In this document: positions 19,419-28,879 of the stretch, piece by piece
Position numbering within the stretch: the stretch's first letter is position 1
Layout of the letters: every line of letters starts with the position of its first letter
Source: an uncultured delta proteobacterium
Lineage (GTDB): Bacteria > Desulfobacterota > Binatia > UBA9968
NCBI GenBank assembly: GCA_963728565.1
Contig: CAVSLC010000010.1
Coordinates: forward strand, 160,001-224,000
Reading direction: 5' to 3'
DNA length: 64,000 nt
Notes under the pieces: model-generated
Database searches by the model: none
Seen by the model: only the letters and a program-made list of their open reading frames with translations
Told to the model about the DNA's origin: nothing
Made by a program: the position numbers and the translations under genes

Positions 19419-19928
19419 TCACGCCGGTCTTCCAGCGCGAAGCGCCTCGCTAACCTGTTCTTCCACCGCGCTTTTGCTCTCGCCAGTCACTTCCGAAATC
19501 TCGCACACCAATAGCTTTCGAGCTCGAGCCAAGATTTCCCGCTCAAAGGGCGATAGCGATTTAGTTCCGGCCAAGCTGGTCAACGATTCGATGATCACCG
19601 CCAGATCGAATGCCGACCCCGAGCTTAAAAGTTTTGTGTTATCCGTATTGCGTTGGCGCCAGTTTTTGGCGACGTCGGCTTCCTTCGTTCCGGATATTTT
19701 CTTGAGGCGGCGCAGCAGTTGGGGGATCTCACACTTATCGAGCAATGCGCGCAGATGCAAATTGGCGAGGTTCTCTACCGGCACGAACAACTCGCCTTTA
19801 CTATCATCCAGTAGTGCCAGAGGATAGAATTTCATGGTTTGCCCGCCGACCACCTTTTTAACGACTTCGCCGATTAGACAGGGGCCGCGGCTCGGGTAAA
19901 CGACTTTAGCTCCAACCGTTAACATCAT
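19419..19928 (-). CDS. carD: CarD/CdnL-family transcription regulator
   Basis: VGAKVVYPSRG, LFVP, NWRQR, LARARKLLVCEISEV. Confidence 0.85.
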   Translation of the reverse strand: MMLTVGAKVVYPSRGPCLIGEVVKKVVGGQTMKFYPLALLDDSKGELFVPVENLANLHLRALLDKCEIPQLLRRLKKISGTKEADVAKNWRQRNTDNTKLLSSGSAFDLAVIIESLTSLAGTKSLSPFEREILARARKLLVCEISEVTGESKSAVEEQVSEALRAGRPA

Positions 19929-20336
19929 TGAAATCTCCATTCTGCTGGAACTTAACCGAGGCATAATCCAGCGAGACCACAGTTCTCAGGCGAAAATTGC
20001 TAGCTCAACGAGACCGGCGATATTATCAAGGCGTGTCGCTGTTGGCTGCAACGGAAGTCAACACAGAAGTTTTCATCCGGATGGCAGTACCATCTGATCC
20101 TACCACCCCTGGGTCGGATAAGATACAGACTGATTGAACGTCTGGCGGGTAAAGACTACCGATGTAGCCGAAGAGATACCCGAATGGAGATTACGACGAG
20201 TGATGAGGCAGAAAACTCTTCATCTATAAATATCACGGGTGCGAGCGACATGGATACCCGACCGGGCAAAGGCGCTCCCCAAGAGCCGGGTACGGCCCGC
20301 CGGGAGCACCTTAGAACAAACTAAGAATCTGCAGTG

Positions 20337-20564
20337 TTAGTAAATGATCGAGCCCTTCTCAATCTGTTTTTTACGGTCTTCATATTCTTCACGAGATATT
20401 CGCCTATTCCTGTAATCCTCCTCCAACTGCTGCATCTGCCGGTAAGCCTGATACTCGTAACCGCCTCCAGCAGCCCCGGCGCCTACCAATGTTCCCGCGA
20501 GAAACTCGCATCCCGATTGCGTGAGACCTGTTATGAGCAGCCCTACTACAATAAGTTTTTTCAT
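20337..20564 (-). CDS. Small lipoprotein
   Basis: MKKLIVVGLLITGLTQSGC lipobox; AGGAGG RBS. Confidence 0.7.
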   Translation of the reverse strand: MKKLIVVGLLITGLTQSGCEFLAGTLVGAGAAGGGYEYQAYRQMQQLEEDYRNRRISREEYEDRKKQIEKGSIIY

Positions 20565-20662
20565 CGGAACCTCCTAGTTTTAAACTTACAATATTGCTCC
20601 AAGCTATCGCGAATTCCTTTAATCCGCCGCAGTAATCTCATGGTAAGCTTATTATCCATGGC

Positions 20663-21293
20663 CTAATTGCTCGCTACCGGAGCGCTTATTTTCTTTTGCT
20701 TCATCGCCTGAACCAATTCCTCGAAAGAGGATTTGGACAGCACTCGATTGAATTGCGAGCGGTAGTTATTAACCAGGCTGATGTTTTCTATGATAACGTC
20801 GGTAACCTTCCACTCGCCGTTCACATCGATAAGCCGGTAATCGAGCGCGAAGTTTTCACCCTTTCTGTTGATTAGCTTTGTGTTGACTTCAGCAAAATCG
20901 TTTTCCTGCCGCTCGTTGACGAACTGAATTTTCTCGCCGCTGTACTCTTCCAGTTTGCTCAAGTAGGTGCCTTCGAGCAGATCCGTGAACAGCCGGACGA
21001 ACTCCTGTTGCTCTGCCGCGCTGCGCTTTTGCCACTGCGCGCCCAATGAGCGCTTCGCCATCTCCTCGAAAGCGAATCTTTCATGGACGGCTTCCTTGAG
21101 CTTCTGCCGCCGGCTCGCACTCTTGGCGTCCCCTTTTAACGATGGGTCAGCCAAAATAGTCTGGATTTTTTCTACCGATTGTTTTAACTGATCGCTTGCC
21201 GCACCGGCCAAAGCTGGGCTGGGGAGCGACAAGTAGAAGTGTACCGAGCGCCACAGCCGGCCATTTCTGACGTCTAACGGCCGCGGTCGACAA
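20663..21293 (-). CDS. mlaC: MlaC/Ttg2D phospholipid-binding protein; signal peptide out of frame (probable 1-nt indel near 21222)
   Basis: FEEMAKRSLG, WKVTDVIIENISLVNNYRSQF; the upstream frame reads RQKWPAVALGTLLLVA. Confidence 0.85.
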
Positions 21294-21456
21294 ATCTGTT
21301 TTTCAAGCGAACGCGAGAACTGAGAAACAGATCCTGCAGAATGTATGAGACGAGCAGGTTCACTCGACGCTTGTTGCCGGACAGCGGCTTAACTTCCTCG
21401 GTCACTGCAGCCACGAGATCCCCTAATGTGCTATCTGTATTCGCTTGCCCGCGCAT
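21274..21456 (-). CDS. Small hypothetical protein
   Basis: AAGGAGG RBS, TLGDLVAAVTEEV; directly downstream of a sigma54 site. Confidence 0.65.
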   Translation of the reverse strand: MRGQANTDSTLGDLVAAVTEEVKPLSGNKRRVNLLVSYILQDLFLSSRVRLKNRFVDRGR

Positions 21457-21533
21457 ATGATGCCTCCTTTTTTCCGCTCACCAGTCTATCAGAGTTCCGG
21501 GATAGGCGGTGAATGAAGCCAGGGTTTCAACGA

Positions 21534-21548
21534 GCAACGCATATGCCA
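21534..21548 (-). promoter_or_regulatory. sigma54 promoter for the small-protein/mlaC operon
   Basis: Minus strand TGGCAT-ATGCG-TTGC(T). Confidence 0.75.
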
Positions 21549-21852
21549 TACTGCGGAAGGGCGGCGCTATCTCCTTAGATATACAGGAAGTTTTCCATTT
21601 GAAGGGAGAATCTCAAGAAAACAACAATGAAGGTTTTTCCAGTCGTTTTTTTATGATAGAAAACGACGTTGGCTATACTCTCGGTCAACACTCACGATGG
21701 TTAATCGATTGAAGATGGTTCGACGCCATCACTTCAGATCGAGCAAAAGATTAGGCGTTTATGTGCGTGACAAGCGCCGCTGAAGTGATATTGTTCTAGA
21801 GCAAACTGGCCGCAGCTCATTCAGCAATCTCCTGGTAAGGCATGAGTCACTG

Positions 21853-24156
21853 GTGATTCAAAACAAGCCACAAATGAGTTTGATACACTCGGCATTGTCC
21901 GAACGACGACTGGTTATTGTCTCCAACCGCTTGCCCTTCAATGTAAAGGTCGAGAACGGAAAGATGACATTCCATGAAAGCGCCGGTGGCCTGGTCACGG
22001 GATTGGCTTCATTCATGCAATCCCGCAGACGAACGCCGGCTTTGAGTATGGAACATCTTTGGGTCGGCTGGCCGGGAAGCACGGTCGAGGTCTCTCTCCA
22101 GGGGCAGCTGATCCGCGAGGCGCTCAGTTCCTTTCAGTCTTACCCGGTGTTTCTCAGCGAAGAACAGATGGAGAAGTTTTATCTCGGATTTTGCAACTCG
22201 ACCATTTGGCCGCTGTTTCACTACTTTCCTACTTTCACCGAATATCAGTCCAATTACTGGGCGGAGTACAAACAGATCAATCAAATCTTCTGCGATGCGC
22301 TCGTAGAGGTCGTCAGACCCAACGACATCTTGTGGATTCATGATTATCACCTGATGCTGCTGCCGCGGCTGATCAAAGCCCGGCGGCCTCAAGCGTCTGT
22401 AGGCTTTTTTTTGCATATCCCCTTCCCCTCATTCGAGGTGTTTCGTCTTCTCCCGGGAGAATGGCGTCGCGAGATCCTGGAAGGCTTGCTGGGCGCTGAC
22501 TTGATTGGATTCCATACTTATGAGTACACGCACCATTTTCTCCAGTGCGTTCTGCGCATCTTGGGCTACGAGCATCAGATGGCCCAGCTTTTGACACCCG
22601 ATCACCTCGTCAAGATCGACACGTTTCCCATGGGGATCGATTTTGACAAATACTCCAGTGCGCCCGCTGAGCCTGATACGCAGCAGGAAATACAGGCGCT
22701 GCGCAGCACGCTTTCCGAATTCAAGATGGTCTTGTCGGTCGATCGGCTCGATTACTCCAAGGGGATTCTGAACCGACTGGAGGGATATGAGCTTTTCTTG
22801 GAGAGCAATCCCCAGTTTCACGGAAAGGTTGTTCTGCTGATGATTGTCGTGCCGTCGCGCATCGGAGTCGTGCAATACGACCGTATGAAGCGACAAGTTG
22901 AGGAACGGGTCGGCAAAATCAATGGACACTTTGGACGAGTCGGTTGGACACCGGTGGTGTATCAGTACCGCCATGTCCCGTTCTCATCACTGGCGGCGTT
23001 CTACTCGGTTAGCGATGTGTGTCTGGTTACGCCGCTGCGTGACGGAATGAATCTAGTCGCCAAGGAATATGTGGCTACACGGACCGACGGCACCGGGGTT
23101 TTGATCCTGAGCGAGATGGCAGGTTCGGCCAAAGAGTTGCCCGAAGCAATCATCATCAATCCAAATAACCGGTCGGAAATCGCCAGTGCCCTCAAAGAGG
23201 CGCTGGAAACACCGCTGGAGGAGCAAAAACGCCGCAACAAGATAATGCAGCGGCGCTTGCGACGGTACCATGTCACGCGCTGGGCGAATGACTTCCTCAA
23301 CAACCTTGTCGCCTTACGCGAAGTCCAGGATCGGACCGAAGCCAAACTGCTTTCGCCGCAGGCGCGGCGGGCGGTTGTCGAACAGTATAGAAAGAGTTGC
23401 CGGAGAGCGTTGTTTCTCGACTATGACGGTACCTTGACTCCATTGGTAAAATCGCCGGAAATGGCGAAACCGGATGAGAACAGGCTCGCGCTATTACGTT
23501 CTTTAACCGCCGATCCGGCTAATGACGTGATCATCACAAGCGGACGCGATCGCCAGACTCTGCAGCAGTGGTTCGGCGACCTCAGGATCGGCCTGGTTGC
23601 CGAGCATGGCGCATGGTTCAGGAAGGCGGCCGAGACATGGCAGCTTTTCAAACCATTCTCGGTGGCATGGATGCGCCAGCTATTGCCGATACTGGAGATC
23701 TATGCAGACCGATTGCCCGGCGCTTTTGTTGAGGAAAAGGAGAATTCCGTGGCATGGCACTATCGTTCGGCGGATCCTGAGCAGGCCCATTTTCTCGCCG
23801 CCGAGCTGACCGATCATCTGTTGAGCCTGATCTCCAAGACTGATCTTCATGTCCGGCAAGGGAGCAAAGTGGTTGAAATCACTAACGCCGGGGTCGATAA
23901 GGGAACCGCAGCATTAAAATGGATTATCGAAAAAGATTACGACTTCATTATGGCTATCGGCGATGATCTGACCGACGAGGATCTATTCAGGGTTCTACCG
24001 GATTGGGCAGTCTCCATTAGAGTCGGCATCGCCGGGACCCAGGCGCAACACAACTTGCGCAGTGATCCCGAAGTGGCCGAACTGCTGCAATCATTGGTTC
24101 AGACTTCAGGCGTGTCGTTGAAAGCCAGTAAAAGTTCAGGCCGATATCCGAGTTGA
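21853..24156 (+). CDS. otsAB: Bifunctional trehalose-6-phosphate synthase/phosphatase
   Basis: VSNRLP, AGGLV, WPLFHY, WIHDYHL, HIPFP, DRLDYSKG, DGMNLVAKEY; HAD motifs FLDYDGTL, GDDLTDED. Confidence 0.95.
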   Translation: MIQNKPQMSLIHSALSERRLVIVSNRLPFNVKVENGKMTFHESAGGLVTGLASFMQSRRRTPALSMEHLWVGWPGSTVEVSLQGQLIREALSSFQSYPVFLSEEQMEKFYLGFCNSTIWPLFHYFPTFTEYQSNYWAEYKQINQIFCDALVEVVRPNDILWIHDYHLMLLPRLIKARRPQASVGFFLHIPFPSFEVFRLLPGEWRREILEGLLGADLIGFHTYEYTHHFLQCVLRILGYEHQMAQLLTPDHLVKIDTFPMGIDFDKYSSAPAEPDTQQEIQALRSTLSEFKMVLSVDRLDYSKGILNRLEGYELFLESNPQFHGKVVLLMIVVPSRIGVVQYDRMKRQVEERVGKINGHFGRVGWTPVVYQYRHVPFSSLAAFYSVSDVCLVTPLRDGMNLVAKEYVATRTDGTGVLILSEMAGSAKELPEAIIINPNNRSEIASALKEALETPLEEQKRRNKIMQRRLRRYHVTRWANDFLNNLVALREVQDRTEAKLLSPQARRAVVEQYRKSCRRALFLDYDGTLTPLVKSPEMAKPDENRLALLRSLTADPANDVIITSGRDRQTLQQWFGDLRIGLVAEHGAWFRKAAETWQLFKPFSVAWMRQLLPILEIYADRLPGAFVEEKENSVAWHYRSADPEQAHFLAAELTDHLLSLISKTDLHVRQGSKVVEITNAGVDKGTAALKWIIEKDYDFIMAIGDDLTDEDLFRVLPDWAVSIRVGIAGTQAQHNLRSDPEVAELLQSLVQTSGVSLKASKSSGRYPS

Positions 24157-24187
24157 GGCGCCGGGTCGGTAGCTCTGCAGGTCATCG

Positions 24188-24589
24188 ATGGAAGAAAGGT
24201 TTGTTCAACATAGGGGAGCTTGCCACTGCGGGCGCGTGCGATTCGAAGTCGACGCAGCGCTCGACATTGATGCATTGGAATGCAACTGTTCGATCTGCAG
24301 CAAAAGCGGTTTTCTCCACCTGATCGTGCCGCGCGCGCGATTCCGGTTGCTCCAGGGATCCGCAGACCTGGCAACGTACACATTCAACACCGGTGTCGCC
24401 AAGCATCTATTCTGTAAGACCTGTGGCATCAAACCTTTTTATGTCCCTCGTTCTAATCCCGACGGCTACAGTGTCAACGTTCGCTGCCTCGACCCGGCGA
24501 CCATTGGGCACGTGAACGTCAGCTCCTTCGACGGCAAAAATTGGGAGGCCCACGGCGCCGATCTCGCCGTTCGATCATTGGAGCGGTGA
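24188..24589 (+). CDS. GFA/CENP-V family Zn protein
   Basis: GACHCGRV, CNCSIC, FCKTCG. Confidence 0.9.
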   Translation: MEERFVQHRGACHCGRVRFEVDAALDIDALECNCSICSKSGFLHLIVPRARFRLLQGSADLATYTFNTGVAKHLFCKTCGIKPFYVPRSNPDGYSVNVRCLDPATIGHVNVSSFDGKNWEAHGADLAVRSLER

Positions 24590-24624
24590 TAGGTTGAAGC
24601 TGCCTCGAACGGTTGAAGGTAAGC

Positions 24625-24835
24625 GTTACCCTAATCCGAAATTATTCGGATCCCGCGAGGCGAGCGAGCCCGACAGCGTGGGCAATGGGACAGTGCCTTA
24701 AGGCCAGCGCGCGTTCCCCTGATGATATTTGGTAGCGGGTCTCAGGAGCTAACTGCGTGTTGACTGCCCACGGCTTCCGCTCTCGCCACCTGGCTCACAG
24801 CTGACAACGCTCAACTATGGTCGGATTAGTGTTAC
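24625..24835. repeat. Structured intergenic repeat family B, copy 1 (MITE-like or ncRNA)
   Basis: Imperfect TIR GTTACCCTAATCCGA / TCGGATTAGTGTTAC; inner stem CGTGGGCA / TGCCCACG; homologous in reverse orientation to 52206-52426. Confidence 0.7.
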
Positions 24836-25058
24836 TTGATGGACAAAGTCCGGCGCAATTGATAAGGCATAAAGATGGTGTGCTTTATTAACCCGAATTC
24901 CCTAGTTGCATTGGCTCTGGAGGGCTGGCCGCTTGATCGCTGGGCCACTTTGAACTACGGAATCCGGGATTAGTGGAGAACTCGTTGCCGATTATATCGC
25001 GATACCATGCAATCGCTTCATTTATTGACGTTTTCCTCGTTCAACTCAGGAGGTGCAA

Positions 25059-26756
25059 ATGGCTTATGATCTGTTAATTCGCGGTGGGCGCGTCGTCGAT
25101 GGCTCGGGCTTGCCCTCTTACGTCGCCGATGTCGGAGTAAAAGGCGGCAAGATCGTGGAAGTTGGACGGTTAACCGGCACAGCGGCGCGGACGATCGATG
25201 CCGCCGGGTTGGCTGTGTCGCCCGGCTTTATTGATCATCATACGCACTTGGACGCGCAGATGTTGTGGGATCCCTACGGAACTTGTGAACCGCAGCATGG
25301 TGTTACCAGCGTGGTCATGGGTAACTGCGGCTTATCGCTTGCCCCAGTCAAGAAGGGCGATGAGGACGCCATTGTCAAAAGTTTCGTTCGAGTCGAGGCA
25401 ATTCCGCGGTTCGCTCTGGAGCAAGGGGTGAAATGGGGATGGAACACCTACGGCGAATACCTCGACGCGCTGGAGGGGAAACTCGGTATCAATGTCGGCG
25501 GGCTGGTCGGCCATATCGCCATGCGCCACAACGTCATGGGTGAGGAGGCCGTGGAGCGCACGGCTAGCGCCAAAGAAGTCCAGCAGATGCGCGGCTTGGT
25601 CTTGGAAGCGATGGAAGGCGGCGCCTTGGGATTATCGACCAACCGCAACGAGCGTCATATGCGCGAGGACGGCAAGCCGGTGGCGAGTCGTTTGGCCGAT
25701 GATGATGAGCTGTTCGCGCTGTGCGATGTTTTGGCGGAGCGCAACGGCGGCGTTATTGAAACCATTTTGGGCCGCAACAAGATCGAACATTTCAAATTTT
25801 ACCATGAGCTGGCAAAACGGACGCAGCGACCGGTCCTCTGGCAGAGCCTGCAACATCGATGGGCAGAGCCCACTCTGTGGCGTGAACAGCTCGACGCCGT
25901 AGAACCGATTTTCCGCGAAGGTTATCAAGCGTATGGCTTGTCCCATACCGTGCCGCTCGTGCGCCACTTCGAGCTTAGGAACTGCCAGGTTTTCGATGAA
26001 TTTCCGACCTGGAAAAATCTCATGTTCCTTCCCGTGGAGGTGCGTAAGCAGGCTTTTGCCGACGGCGAAACCAGACAAAAGTTGCGAGCCGATCTCGCCA
26101 ATCCGGCGCCCACCAACTTTCACCGAAACTGGAACATCGTCCGCGTCGAGAAAGTGATGAAACCCGAGAACGAGAAATACAACGGCAAGACAATCGCTGA
26201 GCTGGGGGCGATGCGCAATCAAGATCCGCTCGACGCCTTCCTGGATCTCGCGCTCGAGGAAGATCTCGGCACCGTTTTCTGGAATGCTAATAACGGCGGC
26301 GACATCGATGCAATGGGCGAGATCCTGCGCAGCCCGTATGTGTTGATCGGAACTTCCGATGCAGGGGCCCATGTGCAGTTTGGCGCCGATTTTGGTTATT
26401 GCACCATCCTGCTGGGTATGTGGGTGCGCGAGCGTCAGGTAATGAGTCTCGAACAGGCCGTCCATAAACTGACATTCCATGTGGCATCGATCTTCGGCTT
26501 GGAGGATCGCGGTTTGTTACGGCCGGGCTATGCCGCCGACCTGGCGATCTTCGATCCCAAAACCGTCAATTCTCATGAACCGGAATGGGCTCATGACTAT
26601 CCGGCGGGAAGCAAGCGGTTGATCCAGCGTTCGGTGGGGATGCACTATACCATCGTCAATGGCACGGTGATCCATGAAGACAGCCGCATGAGCGGGGACT
26701 TGCCAGGCCAGGTCCTGCGCGGGCCGCTCTACAGAGAGCAAAAGGTCGCGGCTTAA
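25059..26756 (+). CDS. N-acyl-D-amino-acid deacylase-like amidohydrolase
   Basis: GGRVVDGSG, PGFIDHHTHLD, VMGNCG, SDAGAH, RGLLRPGYAADL. Confidence 0.9.
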   Translation: MAYDLLIRGGRVVDGSGLPSYVADVGVKGGKIVEVGRLTGTAARTIDAAGLAVSPGFIDHHTHLDAQMLWDPYGTCEPQHGVTSVVMGNCGLSLAPVKKGDEDAIVKSFVRVEAIPRFALEQGVKWGWNTYGEYLDALEGKLGINVGGLVGHIAMRHNVMGEEAVERTASAKEVQQMRGLVLEAMEGGALGLSTNRNERHMREDGKPVASRLADDDELFALCDVLAERNGGVIETILGRNKIEHFKFYHELAKRTQRPVLWQSLQHRWAEPTLWREQLDAVEPIFREGYQAYGLSHTVPLVRHFELRNCQVFDEFPTWKNLMFLPVEVRKQAFADGETRQKLRADLANPAPTNFHRNWNIVRVEKVMKPENEKYNGKTIAELGAMRNQDPLDAFLDLALEEDLGTVFWNANNGGDIDAMGEILRSPYVLIGTSDAGAHVQFGADFGYCTILLGMWVRERQVMSLEQAVHKLTFHVASIFGLEDRGLLRPGYAADLAIFDPKTVNSHEPEWAHDYPAGSKRLIQRSVGMHYTIVNGTVIHEDSRMSGDLPGQVLRGPLYREQKVAA

Positions 26757-26760
26757 TCGG

Positions 26761-27084
26761 ATGGGAGTGAGCTATATACCGGTTGCCCGGATTGGCGAGT
26801 TGGCGCCGGGTGTCATGAAAGAAGTCGACCTCGGCGGACGTCAGGTGCTGTTGACGTTCGCCGGGGGAAAATACTTTGCGTTCTCGAGGCAGTGTCCTCA
26901 TGAAGACGCCGACCTGCAATCCGCCGGACAACTGCTGGACGGAACCAAGTTGCGTTGCAACAACCATGGCTATTGTTTTGACCTCAAAACCGGCGAGTGC
27001 ATGCTGCCTCAAGGAGGACCGCCGCTGACGGTGCTTCCGGCCGAGGAAAAAGGCGAAGATGTGTGCATTCGCCTCGAATGGTAA
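26761..27084 (+). CDS. Rieske [2Fe-2S] ferredoxin
   Basis: CPH...CNNHGYCFDLKTG. Confidence 0.85.
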   Translation: MGVSYIPVARIGELAPGVMKEVDLGGRQVLLTFAGGKYFAFSRQCPHEDADLQSAGQLLDGTKLRCNNHGYCFDLKTGECMLPQGGPPLTVLPAEEKGEDVCIRLEW

Positions 27085-27280
27085 GTAAGCCCATCTTTTT
27101 GCCGCGGGATTGCTTCTGAGGCCCCTCCGCGGTTCCGTTTCACGCTACCAAGACTGCCGGTAGGCGATTTACAACCGTCTAACCGCAGCTCTGGTCAACT
27201 TTCGTGAGAAAAGGTAAATTTCTACATGGCTGGCTTGCATAGCCTGCTCGTTCGATCGGGCTGTTGAAGCGCAGAACGTC

Positions 27281-28171
27281 ATGGCACCTCACAGAAAATT
27301 ACGTTTGCTGACTCTGCTCGGGCTCGGATTTTTATCTGTTGCTTTGGCCGGCCAGCTAAGCGCGCAAGAAAAGAGCTTCCTCTGGAAAGTGGATTCCGGC
27401 CAGAACAATCTTTATATCCTCGGCTCGATTCATTTGCTGAATAAGGAGGCCTACCCACTCAAGCAGAGCATTGAAAACGCATTTGAGCAGGCGAATAAAC
27501 TGGTTTTGGAGATCGACTTGCTCAGCGTAAATGCCGAAAAGGTTCAGCAGCTGATGCTGCAGCAAGGGGCCAGTACCGATGGCAGCGGGTTGCCTCAGAA
27601 TGTCTCCAAGGAAACCTACGAAAGTGTCACGACGAGGGCCAAAGAGCTGGGTATCGATATTCGGCTGTTGAATTCTCTTAAGCCCTGGATTGTCGCCACG
27701 ACTATGGCGGCGATGAAGCTGCAACAGCTGGGATTTGATCCGAGATTGGGGATCGATCGATACTTTGCCGGGCGCGCCATTCAATCCAACAAGCCCACTG
27801 GCGGCTTAGAAACTGTTGAATTTCAGCTCAATTTGTTTGATCACTTTTCGGCAAAGGATCAAGAACTCTTGCTGCGCCGGAGTATGAATGAGATGGACCA
27901 TTTGGAACGAAATGTCTCCGAAATCGTGCGCGCGTGGAAAACTGGCGACGTCGACTCATTGGAAAGACATCTCCTGGCGGGCATGCGCGATTATCCGGAG
28001 ATCCATCGAAGAGTGATCGATGATCGCAACCGGCGCTGGCTGCCGCAGATCGAAGGCCTGTTATCGAGAGGCGAGAACGCGTTGATCGTCGTCGGCGCGG
28101 CTCATCTGGTTGGCAAAAACGGCGTCATCCAGTTATTGAAGGGCCGAGGCTATAGGGTGGAGCAACAATAA
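27281..28171 (+). CDS. TraB/GumN family protein
   Basis: LYILGSIH, GLETVEFQ, RNRRW, VVGAAHLVG. Confidence 0.9.
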   Translation: MAPHRKLRLLTLLGLGFLSVALAGQLSAQEKSFLWKVDSGQNNLYILGSIHLLNKEAYPLKQSIENAFEQANKLVLEIDLLSVNAEKVQQLMLQQGASTDGSGLPQNVSKETYESVTTRAKELGIDIRLLNSLKPWIVATTMAAMKLQQLGFDPRLGIDRYFAGRAIQSNKPTGGLETVEFQLNLFDHFSAKDQELLLRRSMNEMDHLERNVSEIVRAWKTGDVDSLERHLLAGMRDYPEIHRRVIDDRNRRWLPQIEGLLSRGENALIVVGAAHLVGKNGVIQLLKGRGYRVEQQ

Positions 28172-28665
28172 TGGAAGCTGTAAAGACCTCCAACGAGATC
28201 AAGGTGGCAGACTGGATGACGGAGACGGTTTTGGCGGTTGAGATCTACGATAGTATTTCCGTCGCTCGGCAGCTCATGGCCAAGCACCGCGTCAATCAGT
28301 TGCCGGTGCTCGATCATGACCGTTTGATGGGGATTGTCACCGATCGAGACATCCGTGATGCGTATCCGACCAGCATGTTGATCGGACGCACTAAAGAGAT
28401 CGACAAATTCGCCGAGTCCTATACCGTTGAGGAAGTGATGACGCATGATGTCTTTACGGTCGAACCCGAAACGCCGTTAGCCACCGCAGTAGCGTTGTTG
28501 CGCCATCATCGGATCGGCTCGCTGCCGGTGGTCAAAGAAAAGCAGCTGGTGGGAATAATCACGCGCAGCGATATTCTGGACTTCGTTTTGAGCGGGGCCG
28601 GTATCAAGAGGCTCAGGCGCGCGCAAAAAGGCGCGCAAGAAATCGCCGGCGGCAAAAAAGGGTAA
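28171..28665 (+). CDS. CBS-domain protein (AcuB-like)
   Basis: LPVLD..LMGIVTDRDI and LPVV..LVGIITRSDI. Confidence 0.9.
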   Translation: MEAVKTSNEIKVADWMTETVLAVEIYDSISVARQLMAKHRVNQLPVLDHDRLMGIVTDRDIRDAYPTSMLIGRTKEIDKFAESYTVEEVMTHDVFTVEPETPLATAVALLRHHRIGSLPVVKEKQLVGIITRSDILDFVLSGAGIKRLRRAQKGAQEIAGGKKG

Positions 28666-28726
28666 ACGTTCCAAGGCCGCCAGGGTGCGCAGAGCCAGTA
28701 AGGTTCTCTGATTGGTGGTCGTAAAA

Positions 28727-28864
28727 TCTTGCAAGCTATGAAAAAGAACCAGAGGCGAGGCTGGCGAAGTACAAGGATGAAAGCGGAAATCTGAAAGCGG
28801 AATTCAAGTTTCAGCTTTTAAACTCATCTTTCCAGAGCATACGAGTTTTTCAGCAGCTGGCTAA
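28727..28864. repeat. Repeat family A, degenerate copy with internal GGATGAAAGCGGAAATCTG module
   Basis: TCTTGCAAGCTATGAAAAAGAACCAGAGGCGAG ... TTTTTCAGCAGCTGGCTAA. Confidence 0.6.
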
Positions 28865-28879
28865 AGCAGGAGAAAATTC

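Noticed and set aside
24719-24726. CTGATGA hammerhead or C-box-like motif in repeat B copy 1
   Set aside because: Not conserved in copy 2 (GGATGATG) and no properly placed GAAA core
24655-24790. 6S RNA assignment for the long hairpin
   Set aside because: Two divergent copies with terminal inverted repeats, no zapA/ygfA context, and no recognisable 6S central-bubble consensus
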